Source of the DNA: Candidatus Levyibacteriota bacterium
GTDB lineage: Bacteria > Patescibacteriota > Microgenomatia > Levybacterales > UBA12049
Direction: 5' to 3'
DNA: 64,000 nt
NCBI GenBank assembly: GCA_038205015.1
Contig: JBBRCK010000003.1
Coordinates: 2,527-66,526 of the forward strand
The stretch's first letter is position 1. Each line of letters begins with the position of its first letter. The notes beneath the pieces were generated by a model. The model was not told where the DNA came from and searched no databases. It saw only the letters and a list, made by a program, of their open reading frames with translations. The position numbers and the translations under genes are program-made. This document shows, piece by piece, positions 1-8,678 of the stretch.

Positions 1-10
1 AAACAGGTTT

Positions 11-2773
11 ATGGATAGCTCATCTGGCCAAGTGGCGCTGGAGCGTGGCGATCGTCGCCAAATTGAAGGCGTAGTTAGTCCTGATACAAAAGTAGAATTA
101 AGCGCGGTGGTTGTAAGTGGCTATCGGGATTTTGCCAGGGACCACACGCAAAAATTAATAGATTTAGTAAATGCTGGACGTTATGAGGCAATGAAAGCGC
201 AGCAAGCCACAGGTCAGGTGGCGTATCTGGAGGATAATGAATTACTTAGACTTTTTTCAGAAACTGCTGCTAACGGAACGCTGCTTCAGGTAAAATCTCA
301 ACAAGAAGTTGCAGATATTATCGCAAAACACCCATATATGATACAAAACCTTGCAGTTATAGGTGAAAGAGTTGCACGGGATAACTTAGCAGCCCTAGGA
401 ATGAGAGCTTATATGGATAGGCCCGGAACAAGAACGCGAATTGAAGATGCTCAAAGAGTAATCGATTTACCAGTTGGTCAGGGAAGAGTGACAGAGGCAT
501 ATAGCAGAGTGGTTGAGTGGGCAAACGCCAGGCAAGAACAGGGTGGAAGAGTGGGTGATCATACCAACCTACAAGATTTAGGCATTAGACTTAATAGTCG
601 TACATCCAGAGGTGTTCTTGCCACAAGCATGGCTACGGGGCTTTTATTTGGTGGCCCAGGGGGAGCTGCAGTTGGAGGCGCCCTGGCAGGAGCAGGTCTT
701 TTTGTTGGAAGTAGGCTAACAAAAGAGGGTCCAAGTATACATATTGTGCGCGATCAAAGTGTTTTAGATCGGGCACAACAGCCGGAAGAGCAGGCCAGAA
801 TGGAAGGGATTATAAAAGTTGATCCTAATCATCCCGAACGCACAACCAGAGAGCAGTTAGCAGAGGGAGAAGCGATTAAGCTGATTTATCTTAGAGCGCT
901 GTATATGAAAGACTTAAAAGTTGACCCCAGCAACTTGGATGCGTTTTCAGATCAATTTATTGATAACAATTGGGGTCCAGATGGCGCACAGACGCCCGAA
1001 AAAACTGACACTAAAATGCAGGCGGCAATTAATGAGCAATTTAATACTCTTGGTGGTCCTATGGCAGCAACTCCCGAGGATGCAAGGATAATATTTAGAA
1101 GAGCAGAAGAAATTGTTTTTATGGAGCAATTTAGATTAATACATGAAGAAAGTAAACCTGCGGTTGATACGGCAAAATTATTAACCGGAAAGCTGGTTGA
1201 AATGCAACCCGGTGGAGCTGTTGATAAAGCCAGAAAACGTGAAGCGGCAGAGGAAAAGACCTTGTTGGGAAAAGACAAAGCGGGTGTTGAGGTAACACGG
1301 GTGGCAGTGGAAAGCATGGCAGGGAAAATTAAAACATTAGTAGACGCAGATACTGTATTAAATGATGAATTAGCAAAAATTGTTGGACCTGCTGGGGCAT
1401 TAGATTATATAAATGCAGTCGCGGCTTTAAATGAAATGTTAAGTACTACAGTTGCAGCGGGCGCTAGTGTTAGAGTTGAAAATGCAGACGGTGTTCCGGT
1501 TGAGATTAGGGCAATTCCTGCTGAAGAGGAAGCCGCAAAAGCCGACGCAAGAGCAGCGATAGCTGCCATTCCACCACAGGGTACTATGACGACAATGCAA
1601 TATGATAGATTTCTCCAAAAAGCCGAGACCGATATTAATGATAGGCTCACTGCAAAACTGGAAGAATTTAAGGTTCAGCGTAAATTGATTGGAGATACGC
1701 TTACTAAATTAAGAGCTGCTCAAAAAGCCACCACAGAAACAAGGCCGGTTATAGAATCCGGAGAAGTAATTAAAGGAGCACAAGAGCTCGTTAAAATACA
1801 AGATGCATTTGATAGAGTTACTACGGCAGGTTTTACGGAAGCACATTTGTTAGCTTTTAATTTTGATCAAGAAATGGCAGACGCTAATCTTTTGAACTCA
1901 ATGAATCCTGATTTGGGTTGGCCGGAAAGCGATAATGAGATAATGCGTCCGGATCTTAGAAGCGCAATAATTCAAGCTAGAGCAAATAATAGAGAAAGAA
2001 CAAGCGTGCCTAATGCGACTGTTGTAGAAACTAATTTTAACACAGCGCGGGCTTTAAATTTTACCCTAGAAGAGCTTTCAATTTTAACTTCGGATGAATT
2101 GGTTATTTTATCTACCTCGCGAACTCCAGCTGGAACAACACGGATGACAAGACCACAGCTAATAAGAGCTCAATTGTGGGCAAGAGAAAAAGTAAGATAT
2201 ACGCAAGAGGCGATTAGACAGGAAAATACCAATATTGAATCTGCAGAAAGAGTTCAGGATGTAAATTTAGCCAGGGTTGACATGAAAGAAGAAAGGGAGC
2301 AGCTTGAAATGGTAATAGATGTTGTTAAGCATAAACAGCAAATTGAAGCTCGGGCAAATAATGCCTGGATTGACAGAGAGGTTAGAACCAGCCTTGAAGA
2401 CGTTAATCCCGTAACGGTGGTGGCCAATAGTTATACTCCCGCAGAAGTAGCTTCGGGTCTTCCGCGAAATGTACTGGAAATTATTAATATTTTAACTGAT
2501 TATCAAAATAAGTCGGATAGAAATGGCGCTTTTTCACAGATTTGGAGAAACTTTGGTTCTGTACCCAACGGGATACTTTTAGAAAGATTAAATAGCGCCT
2601 TTGAGTTTACACCGGCAATTGGCCCCGGCATACCCGATATTAATGTGTTCGCAGCCGAAATTCAAAATAGAGAAAACACCAGTCCAACTTTTAGTATGGA
2701 ATTAGGTAGAGCGCTAGGGCGCAATGCAGTTAGAGAATTTGGGCAGTGGGGAGAAAGTTTAAGTAGAATATGA
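11..2773 (+). CDS. Large hypothetical protein (920 aa visible; frame is open to window edge so N-terminus may be truncated); glycine-zipper membrane-like segment ATSMATGLLFGGPGGAAVGGALAGAGLFVGS, remainder Ala/Glu/Arg-rich predicted helical
   Basis: Long uninterrupted ORF; no stop in frame between pos 2-10; composition visibly GC/Ala-richer than neighbours; no catalytic motif recognised. Confidence 0.5.
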   Translation: MDSSSGQVALERGDRRQIEGVVSPDTKVELSAVVVSGYRDFARDHTQKLIDLVNAGRYEAMKAQQATGQVAYLEDNELLRLFSETAANGTLLQVKSQQEVADIIAKHPYMIQNLAVIGERVARDNLAALGMRAYMDRPGTRTRIEDAQRVIDLPVGQGRVTEAYSRVVEWANARQEQGGRVGDHTNLQDLGIRLNSRTSRGVLATSMATGLLFGGPGGAAVGGALAGAGLFVGSRLTKEGPSIHIVRDQSVLDRAQQPEEQARMEGIIKVDPNHPERTTREQLAEGEAIKLIYLRALYMKDLKVDPSNLDAFSDQFIDNNWGPDGAQTPEKTDTKMQAAINEQFNTLGGPMAATPEDARIIFRRAEEIVFMEQFRLIHEESKPAVDTAKLLTGKLVEMQPGGAVDKARKREAAEEKTLLGKDKAGVEVTRVAVESMAGKIKTLVDADTVLNDELAKIVGPAGALDYINAVAALNEMLSTTVAAGASVRVENADGVPVEIRAIPAEEEAAKADARAAIAAIPPQGTMTTMQYDRFLQKAETDINDRLTAKLEEFKVQRKLIGDTLTKLRAAQKATTETRPVIESGEVIKGAQELVKIQDAFDRVTTAGFTEAHLLAFNFDQEMADANLLNSMNPDLGWPESDNEIMRPDLRSAIIQARANNRERTSVPNATVVETNFNTARALNFTLEELSILTSDELVILSTSRTPAGTTRMTRPQLIRAQLWAREKVRYTQEAIRQENTNIESAERVQDVNLARVDMKEEREQLEMVIDVVKHKQQIEARANNAWIDREVRTSLEDVNPVTVVANSYTPAEVASGLPRNVLEIINILTDYQNKSDRNGAFSQIWRNFGSVPNGILLERLNSAFEFTPAIGPGIPDINVFAAEIQNRENTSPTFSMELGRALGRNAVREFGQWGESLSRI

Positions 2774-3144
2774 TTACAACCAAAGCCATAATTAATTTAT
2801 TACCATTTCAAAGCGAGTTTAAACTCGACTTGTTAGAGAAGTTTGATACTTTGTCGGAAGAAGAACAGGCAAGAACCGCTGATATTATTTGGCAAGCATT
2901 TTATATGGTGTATGATATAAAGCTTAAAAATAATGTTGACAAAATTATGACAGAAGCGGATAAAAACGGTGAAAAATTTGATCCCACTTTTTATAAAAAA
3001 GCAGCCGACAGAACTGATGATGAAATTAGGGAATTATTGGCCTCATCATCTCAAACGCTTGATTTGGAAGAAGCGAGAAAAAGCATGGAAATGATTATTA
3101 GAGAAATTAATGCCGCGAAAACAAGTAGGCCACTTAAGAATTAA
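2770..3144 (+). CDS. Small acidic hypothetical protein (124 aa), start overlaps stop of upstream ORF (ATGA), likely translationally coupled partner
   Basis: ATG at 2770 overlapping TGA 2771-2773; same strand; no recognisable domain. Confidence 0.45.
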   Translation: MITTKAIINLLPFQSEFKLDLLEKFDTLSEEEQARTADIIWQAFYMVYDIKLKNNVDKIMTEADKNGEKFDPTFYKKAADRTDDEIRELLASSSQTLDLEEARKSMEMIIREINAAKTSRPLKN

Positions 3145-3145
3145 T

Positions 3146-4936
3146 TTATCTACTTGCTCGTAAAGCATTTATAATTACCCCAACGTCAATTGCTTCTTGT
3201 AAAAAAGCTCCCTGAATTGGAGAAATGAAACCTAGCGATGCAAATCCCATTCCCAAAATACTTATTCCAATTCCAATAAAAATACTTTGTTTGGCAATAG
3301 CAACAGTTTTTTTGGAGATATTTAAGCAATCAACTACCAGCGAAAAATTTCCTCCTAGGAAAACTATATCTGCAGCTTCGGATGCAGCAGTTTGCTCCTC
3401 ATTACTAAAAACCATTCCTACGTCCGCCAGGGCTAAAGCCGGTGCGTCATTAATTCCATCTCCCACCATTGCTGTAATTTTGCCCTGCTTCTTAAGTTCT
3501 ACTATGCCTTTTTGTTTATCTTCGGGCGTTGCTTCTGCTTGAATTACAATATTTTCTCCCAAAGATGCAACTACTTTTTCGGCGGCTTCTTTTTTATCTC
3601 CGGTAAAAATATGCAATTCAAAGCCTTTTCTTTTTAAATCCTTAATAATATTTTTCGAATCTTCTTTTATTTCATCTTCAAAAGAAAACTGAGCGATTTG
3701 TTTATTGTTTTCAAAAATTCCAATTGTCATTCCGCTTTGATTTTTTAGCTTTGACAACATGTATTTTTTATTTTTAATTACTCCGGTAATGCCAACGCCA
3801 ATTTTTTCTTCGATACTTTCAGCTTTGATAACCGGTGCTTTTTTCAGTTTTGCATACTCAACAATGGCTTTAGCTAATGGATGTAATGAGTTTCTTTCAA
3901 TCCCTTCGGCAATTGCTAAAAGCTGTTTTTCTTGATAGCTTTCTTCTAAGAGTTTAAATTCAGTTACTTTAGGTTTTCCCAAGGTAATAGTGCCAGTTTT
4001 ATCAAAAATAATAGCCGTGGCTCTTGATAAAACTTCTAAACTGGCGAGTTTTTTAACAATAACATGTTTTTTGGAGGCGGCGTTAACTCCTCCAAGCAGG
4101 GCAATCGGAGTGGCAATGATTAAAGGGCAAGGTGTAGCAATTGCTAAAACCGACAAAGCTCTGGTTAAATCAAATCCTGAGAATACATAGGCAAGCCCTG
4201 TGATTACTAGGGTAACAATTGTAAAATAGCCAGAATATTTATCAGCTAGCCTGATAAAAGGAGTTTTTTCATCCTGGGCATTTCTTACCATTGCCACAAT
4301 TTTGTTATAGGCTGAGTCTTTTTGTTCTTTTATAACCTTTATGATAATTGGATTTCCAATATTTATGGTTCCGCTTCTAATTGGATCTCCTTTTATTTTT
4401 TCAATGGTATAAGGCTCTCCAGTTAGTGATGATTCATCGGTTAATCCCCCTTCGGAGACTAAGACTCCGTCCAGTCCGATAACTTCGCCCTTTCTGATAT
4501 AAATTTCTACGCCTTTTTTAATACTTTCTATTTTTACTTTTTGCCCCATTGCACCCTGATGCCAAAGAAAAACCTCGTTGGGAATTCTTTCGGCCAGCTT
4601 AGTTAAAGATTTTTTAGCCTGCGAAACGCCATAATCTTCCAGCGTTCTTCCAGAGGAAATCATTAGAGCTAAGATTGATGCAACTAAGTATTCGCGGGTT
4701 GCTAACGCTACTAAAATTGCCAAAATAGCAATATAATCTAAAGCGTACTGTTTTTTGAGAATTGAAGCTACTGTTTCGTAAAAAAGACGGTAACTTCCTA
4801 AAAGTGTAATAAAAATAACCAGTAAATTTGCAGGAATATTTAATTTTAATAAAAGTAATACTAGATAAATAATAATACCAGCCGTAATAATTGCAGGAAT
4901 TTTAAAGGCTTTGATTAGATTTATTTTTTGGTTCAT
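3146..4936 (-). CDS. P-type cation-transporting ATPase, P1B-like (TPCP motif in TM6, no N-terminal metal-binding domain)
   Basis: DKTGTIT phosphorylation motif, GDGINDAPALA hinge motif, ATPCPLIIATP membrane motif, TGE(P) actuator-like region. Confidence 0.85.
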   Translation of the reverse strand: MNQKINLIKAFKIPAIITAGIIIYLVLLLLKLNIPANLLVIFITLLGSYRLFYETVASILKKQYALDYIAILAILVALATREYLVASILALMISSGRTLEDYGVSQAKKSLTKLAERIPNEVFLWHQGAMGQKVKIESIKKGVEIYIRKGEVIGLDGVLVSEGGLTDESSLTGEPYTIEKIKGDPIRSGTINIGNPIIIKVIKEQKDSAYNKIVAMVRNAQDEKTPFIRLADKYSGYFTIVTLVITGLAYVFSGFDLTRALSVLAIATPCPLIIATPIALLGGVNAASKKHVIVKKLASLEVLSRATAIIFDKTGTITLGKPKVTEFKLLEESYQEKQLLAIAEGIERNSLHPLAKAIVEYAKLKKAPVIKAESIEEKIGVGITGVIKNKKYMLSKLKNQSGMTIGIFENNKQIAQFSFEDEIKEDSKNIIKDLKRKGFELHIFTGDKKEAAEKVVASLGENIVIQAEATPEDKQKGIVELKKQGKITAMVGDGINDAPALALADVGMVFSNEEQTAASEAADIVFLGGNFSLVVDCLNISKKTVAIAKQSIFIGIGISILGMGFASLGFISPIQGAFLQEAIDVGVIINALRASR

Positions 4937-4945
4937 TTTTTCAAG

Positions 4946-5030
4946 CGGAGGAGGTGAGATTTGAACTCACGATCCCTTGCGGGATGGCGGTTTAGTAAAC
5001 CGCTGCACTAGGCCACTATGCGACTCCTCC
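4946..5030 (-). tRNA. Type II (long variable arm) tRNA, Ser-like (G73 discriminator); anticodon loop reads UUACUAA giving nominal anticodon ACU, which is atypical
   Basis: Manual cloverleaf on minus strand: acceptor GGAGGAG/CTCCTCC, D-arm GCA..TGC, anticodon stem GCGGT/ACCGC, variable hairpin ATCCC-GCAA-GGGAT, T-arm GTGAG-TTCAAAT-CTCAC; no encoded CCA. Confidence 0.65.
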
Positions 5031-5660
5031 GGGTATATTTATTATTTTATCAAACTGCTCATAAATTCCAATCACTTTTAGTTGTATTTTATAGTCAGAA
5101 TATCTTATTGTACATGTTCCCATATAATCTTTTCTATATTTTTTGCCCCTTGGTATCGTAATGGTAGGTTTTATAAATTGAGATGTGGGAATTTTTAATA
5201 AATTACTCCAATATTTACTTATTTCATTAAAATTTTGAGTGGAATGAATTTGGAGTTTTACTCGAAATTTTGCTTCATTTAGCGGAAAGCTTATGCGAAG
5301 CAGTCTTATAAACAATTGTAATAGTAAAGGATCGGAGTTTGTCATATCAAGTTTGTTAGTAGAGGGATATTTTGAACCTTCACACCAATAAATAATAGAG
5401 ACAAGTATTTTTGCGGTAGTTTTATCAAAAATTTTAAAGTTTTTGATTATATCTTTCTCTGATGTTTTTATATCGTTTCTTCTTCTCTCATATGTTTTTA
5501 ATAAAGTGTCCCAACGTGTTGAGGAATTATCGTGCTTGCACCAATTACGAATGGTGGTTGCCGGTATTCCTGTTATTTCCTGCAGCTTTGTAAAAGAATA
5601 ATGGTATTTTGTGCGTAGGTTTTGTGCTTTTTCTAAGTCTTTGTCTTGATATTTTCTCAT
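5016..5660 (-). CDS. HTH-domain protein with C-terminal LAGLIDADG-like motif (ILVSIIYWCEGSK); putative homing-endonuclease-like / tRNA-locus-associated protein; paralog of 33841..34533
   Basis: N-terminal HTH-like TKLQEITGIPATTIRNW; shares blocks with paralog (YWxEG, NxDP, KFRVKLQIHS/IKVELHLYS, ISKYWSNLLKIP/IKFWEKELGIP, GTC); start 3 nt after tRNA-Ser 3' end, stop TAG inside downstream tRNA D-loop. Confidence 0.55.
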   Translation of the reverse strand: MRKYQDKDLEKAQNLRTKYHYSFTKLQEITGIPATTIRNWCKHDNSSTRWDTLLKTYERRRNDIKTSEKDIIKNFKIFDKTTAKILVSIIYWCEGSKYPSTNKLDMTNSDPLLLQLFIRLLRISFPLNEAKFRVKLQIHSTQNFNEISKYWSNLLKIPTSQFIKPTITIPRGKKYRKDYMGTCTIRYSDYKIQLKVIGIYEQFDKIINIPGGVA

Positions 5661-5662
5661 GG

Positions 5663-5750
5663 TGGCGGAGGGTACAGGATTCGAACCTGTGGACGGCTAT
5701 TCACCGTCACGGCTTAGCAAGCCGCTCTATTACCACTCTAGCAACCCTCC
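5663..5750 (-). tRNA. tRNA-Ser (anticodon GCU), CCA encoded
   Basis: Minus-strand cloverleaf GGAGGGT...ACCCTCC-G-CCA, anticodon stem GCGGC/GCCGT loop TTGCTAA, long variable arm GACGG-TGAATA-GCCGTC, T-arm ACAGG-TTCGAAT-CCTGT. Confidence 0.85.
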
Positions 5751-5757
5751 AGAGTAA

Positions 5758-5770
5758 TTATTATAGCATA
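5758..5770 (-). promoter_or_regulatory. Extended -10 promoter (TGcTATAAT) about 9 nt upstream of tRNA-Ser 5' end; likely drives tRNA-Ser / ORF 5016-5660 / downstream tRNA as one transcript
   Basis: Reverse complement of 5760-5768 attatagca = TGCTATAAT; weak or no -35. Confidence 0.35.
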
Positions 5771-6165
5771 GTTAAAACCCCTATCTTGAGCAAATAATTA
5801 AATTTGATACTCGTATATTTTCCCCGGGTATTTTCGTAAGTAGCAATATCGCTTGAAAATAAGTGCTCAAAATATTTTCTCATCGTCCTGATTGAGTTTC
5901 CGTATGCGGATAGAAAGCAATATCATCTGCCAACATATCATGTATAAAAGGTAGAACTACTTCTTAATTCTTGGATCAGTTAATACTTCTACATTTTCAT
6001 GATAATCACCAAATACTAATTGGAAGACATGCTGGAATGTTATCTATAAGCCTTAGTAACTTTTTCATTTTACAATTTTTTGAAATCTTCTGTTTTTGAT
6101 TTCGCTTAATGTTTTAATTAGCGTTACGCTTTGACCAGTCCTTGGTATTTTAGTATATTGTTCGT

Positions 6166-7401
6166 ATGCGCAATATATATTACCTAATACTTCTGGTGGC
6201 AATTGGGGTTGTAGTTTATTTCATGATTCCTAAATCTCCTTTTGCCCTTGATGATTATGGGCAAATAGTTAGAAATATTAGTGTTCATAGGATTCAGAAT
6301 ATTCCCTTATTTTTTACTCAAAGCATAGCATTTCCAGGACAAGGACAATCTCTATTAACGTATTACTACAAACCATTTTTATATACTTTTTATAGTTTTT
6401 TATATGCGTTGGGCAATGGATCGTCCTTTCCTTTTCATAGTTTTCAATTGGCGTTGTATATTCTAAACGCGTTGCTAGTTTTTTTATTATTTAATAAATT
6501 TTTCAGTAAAAATATGTCTTTTTTATTATCTATTATTTTTTTACTGCATCCAGCTAATAATGAAGTGGTTTCATATATTGCCAGTCTTCAAGATACTTTA
6601 TTTTTATTCTTCGGAATAACAGCTTTAAATTTACTGACTTTAAAAGATACAAAAAAATTACTTACCGTAATTAGCGTATCTATTTTAATATTGTTTTCAA
6701 TTTTTTCTAAAGAAACAGGCTTATTATTCTTAACGATATCAATTGTCTATTTAATTATTTTTAAAACAAATCTTGTTAAATACTATTTGGTTTCATTTAT
6801 TTTTAGTGGCCTAATCTATTTAGGCCTTAAGTTATTAGCATTAAATCACGTTATTTTAGTTTTACTTTCAACACCAATTCAACAAATGCCTTTTAAGGAC
6901 AGAATAATAATTATTCCCAAAATAATTTATTTTTACCTCAAGGAATTACTTTTTCCATCTATGTATTTTCCTGATGTTAAATTATTGCAAAATACAAATA
7001 TTATCACCAGTATTGGCCCTTTGTTGGCAATTATTCTAATTTTGATTCTCATAGTATTTATAGGAATTTTTATTAAGCACTATTATTCTTCATATTTTTC
7101 TATATTCATTTTTTTTACAACATGGTTTGTAATCGGTATTAGCTTTCATTCACAAATTATTCCTCTAGATGTGCCAATTGCGACTCGTTGGTTATACTTT
7201 CCAATCGTCGGGGCACTTGGTATGGTAGGGGTAGTTTTAAGCATAATAAAATCATGGACAATAAAAATAAAATATAAACGCATGTTGTTAATTGCATATA
7301 TTATTTACGTTAGTCTTCTGGTATTTGAGATTGAGGCAGAGCAGCTCAGTTATTTAAGATTAAATCCACAAAATAAAATAATTAATAGTTTAAATAATTA
7401 G
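6166..7401 (+). CDS. Polytopic membrane protein, putative GT-C-type glycosyltransferase (ArnT/PMT-like) or related membrane glycosylation enzyme
   Basis: About 11 predicted hydrophobic helices, Asp-rich first loop (ALDDYGQ); no soluble domain; assignment by architecture only. Confidence 0.4.
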   Translation: MRNIYYLILLVAIGVVVYFMIPKSPFALDDYGQIVRNISVHRIQNIPLFFTQSIAFPGQGQSLLTYYYKPFLYTFYSFLYALGNGSSFPFHSFQLALYILNALLVFLLFNKFFSKNMSFLLSIIFLLHPANNEVVSYIASLQDTLFLFFGITALNLLTLKDTKKLLTVISVSILILFSIFSKETGLLFLTISIVYLIIFKTNLVKYYLVSFIFSGLIYLGLKLLALNHVILVLLSTPIQQMPFKDRIIIIPKIIYFYLKELLFPSMYFPDVKLLQNTNIITSIGPLLAIILILILIVFIGIFIKHYYSSYFSIFIFFTTWFVIGISFHSQIIPLDVPIATRWLYFPIVGALGMVGVVLSIIKSWTIKIKYKRMLLIAYIIYVSLLVFEIEAEQLSYLRLNPQNKIINSLNN

Positions 7402-7421
7402 GATAAAAGTAATAAAGAATA

Positions 7422-7982
7422 TTAAATTTCGTAGGAAAAGATTTTGCCGGGAACATTTTCGTAAGAGCACATCTCTTCGATTGTGACGTGTTCGAAATAT
7501 CTTCGCATTGGCCTAATCGAATTACCGTGTGCTGAGATAAAAATAATGTCGTCTTTTTTCCAGGTTGGTAGTGCATCTTTTAGGAAATCTAAAACTCTAA
7601 TTTCGACATCTTTAATACTTTCGCCATTAGGCGGGGGAATATCGTATGATCTGTGCCATAGGGCAAAATCTTTTGGGTCCATTTTTGCCAATTCATCCTT
7701 ATTTTTACCGGTTAAATTGCCGTAGTCTCGTTCTTTAATTCTGGGGTCGGTGATAACTTCTACTCCCAGGTGAAATCCGTCTAAAACCAGTTCTAAAGTA
7801 TGTTTGGAGCGGATTAAATTCGATTGATAGGCTTTAGTGACTGCTTCATTTTTTAGTCTTTCTCCGATTCCCGTTGCCTCTTCGATACCCGCAGGTGTTA
7901 AGTCAACATCGTGAATTCCTGAAAAATCATGATCGAGATTATCAATAGTTTGTCCGTGCCGGAAGATAAATATCTTAGCCAT
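7422..7982 (-). CDS. Histidine phosphatase superfamily (phosphoglycerate mutase-like) protein
   Basis: N-terminal FRHGQT (RHG catalytic motif), C-terminal AHGNSIR second histidine motif. Confidence 0.8.
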   Translation of the reverse strand: MAKIFIFRHGQTIDNLDHDFSGIHDVDLTPAGIEEATGIGERLKNEAVTKAYQSNLIRSKHTLELVLDGFHLGVEVITDPRIKERDYGNLTGKNKDELAKMDPKDFALWHRSYDIPPPNGESIKDVEIRVLDFLKDALPTWKKDDIIFISAHGNSIRPMRRYFEHVTIEEMCSYENVPGKIFSYEI

Positions 7983-8027
7983 ATAAAATTAGTATATAGT
8001 ATTATACATATCGTATCTAGTAAGAGA

Positions 8028-8600
8028 TTAGGCGTAGGGATCGTAATATTTTAGGTCCGGAAAATCTTCTAAAATTTGTGATTCATAAGGTACAGTTAAA
8101 ACAGTTTGCATGCTGGTGGGTTCAAGGACCGGTTCTCCATCAAGCCCGTTTCCTACGGGTTTTCCTCTAATAATATATAACTTCCTTGGTTCATATTCAT
8201 ATCTTCCGGCCATACTATATCTTAAGTTTAGCCTAAGGTTTGGATCTCTTTTATCAACACTAGACACGCTAATTCCAGTTTCTTCCAGGGGTTCTTTTTG
8301 TCCCATCCAATTTCCCCATACTGCTTTGCTAACTTTCCCCGGAGTCTTATCAAGTTCGATATCCGGGCTCCATCTGGCAAACAATGGTCCATCTTCCATG
8401 GCTTTTAATATGTTTGGAGTAACTGAAGCTAGCGCATGCTCAAATCTTGCTTGTTCATATTCGCTCCAATATGTTCCTGTGCCAAGGAGTCTCCATTCTT
8501 TTGAAAATTGACTAAAATCTGGCTCTGGGCTTGCTTGAGCTTCGCTTTTAGTATCTTCGGGCGCTATTGCGGTTGGTTGCGATTCTGTGTCTGGACCCAT
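8028..8600 (-). CDS. Hypothetical protein (190 aa), Pro/Glu-rich N-terminus, no recognised domain; composition slightly GC-richer than neighbours
   Basis: ORF only. Confidence 0.4.
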   Translation of the reverse strand: MGPDTESQPTAIAPEDTKSEAQASPEPDFSQFSKEWRLLGTGTYWSEYEQARFEHALASVTPNILKAMEDGPLFARWSPDIELDKTPGKVSKAVWGNWMGQKEPLEETGISVSSVDKRDPNLRLNLRYSMAGRYEYEPRKLYIIRGKPVGNGLDGEPVLEPTSMQTVLTVPYESQILEDFPDLKYYDPYA

Positions 8601-8642
8601 AAATTAAAAATGACAGATTTAAAATATTAAGTCAAATTACCA

Positions 8643-8677
8643 ATAAAAAACCCCAACGAATACGTTAGGGTTTTTTT
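8643..8677 (-). terminator. Rho-independent terminator immediately 3' of tmRNA (hairpin CCCTAACG-TATT-CGTTGGGG followed by T-run on minus strand); A-run on other side makes it potentially bidirectional
   Basis: Plus strand aaaaaaccccaacgaatacgttagggttttttt. Confidence 0.55.
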
Positions 8678-8678
8678 G

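Noticed and set aside
947-1650. Antisense ORFs inside the 920-aa gene (947..1129, 952..1317, 1405..1650) and similar shadow ORFs elsewhere (e.g. 3225..3542, 16034..16222, 28644..28970, 49604..50026)
   Set aside because: Entirely nested antisense in well-supported genes, low-complexity translations, no RBS; treated as non-coding.
11-2773. SMC/Lamassu-like or tape-measure identity for the 920-aa protein
   Set aside because: No Walker A/B, no LSGG signature, no hinge; no phage genes nearby; left as hypothetical.
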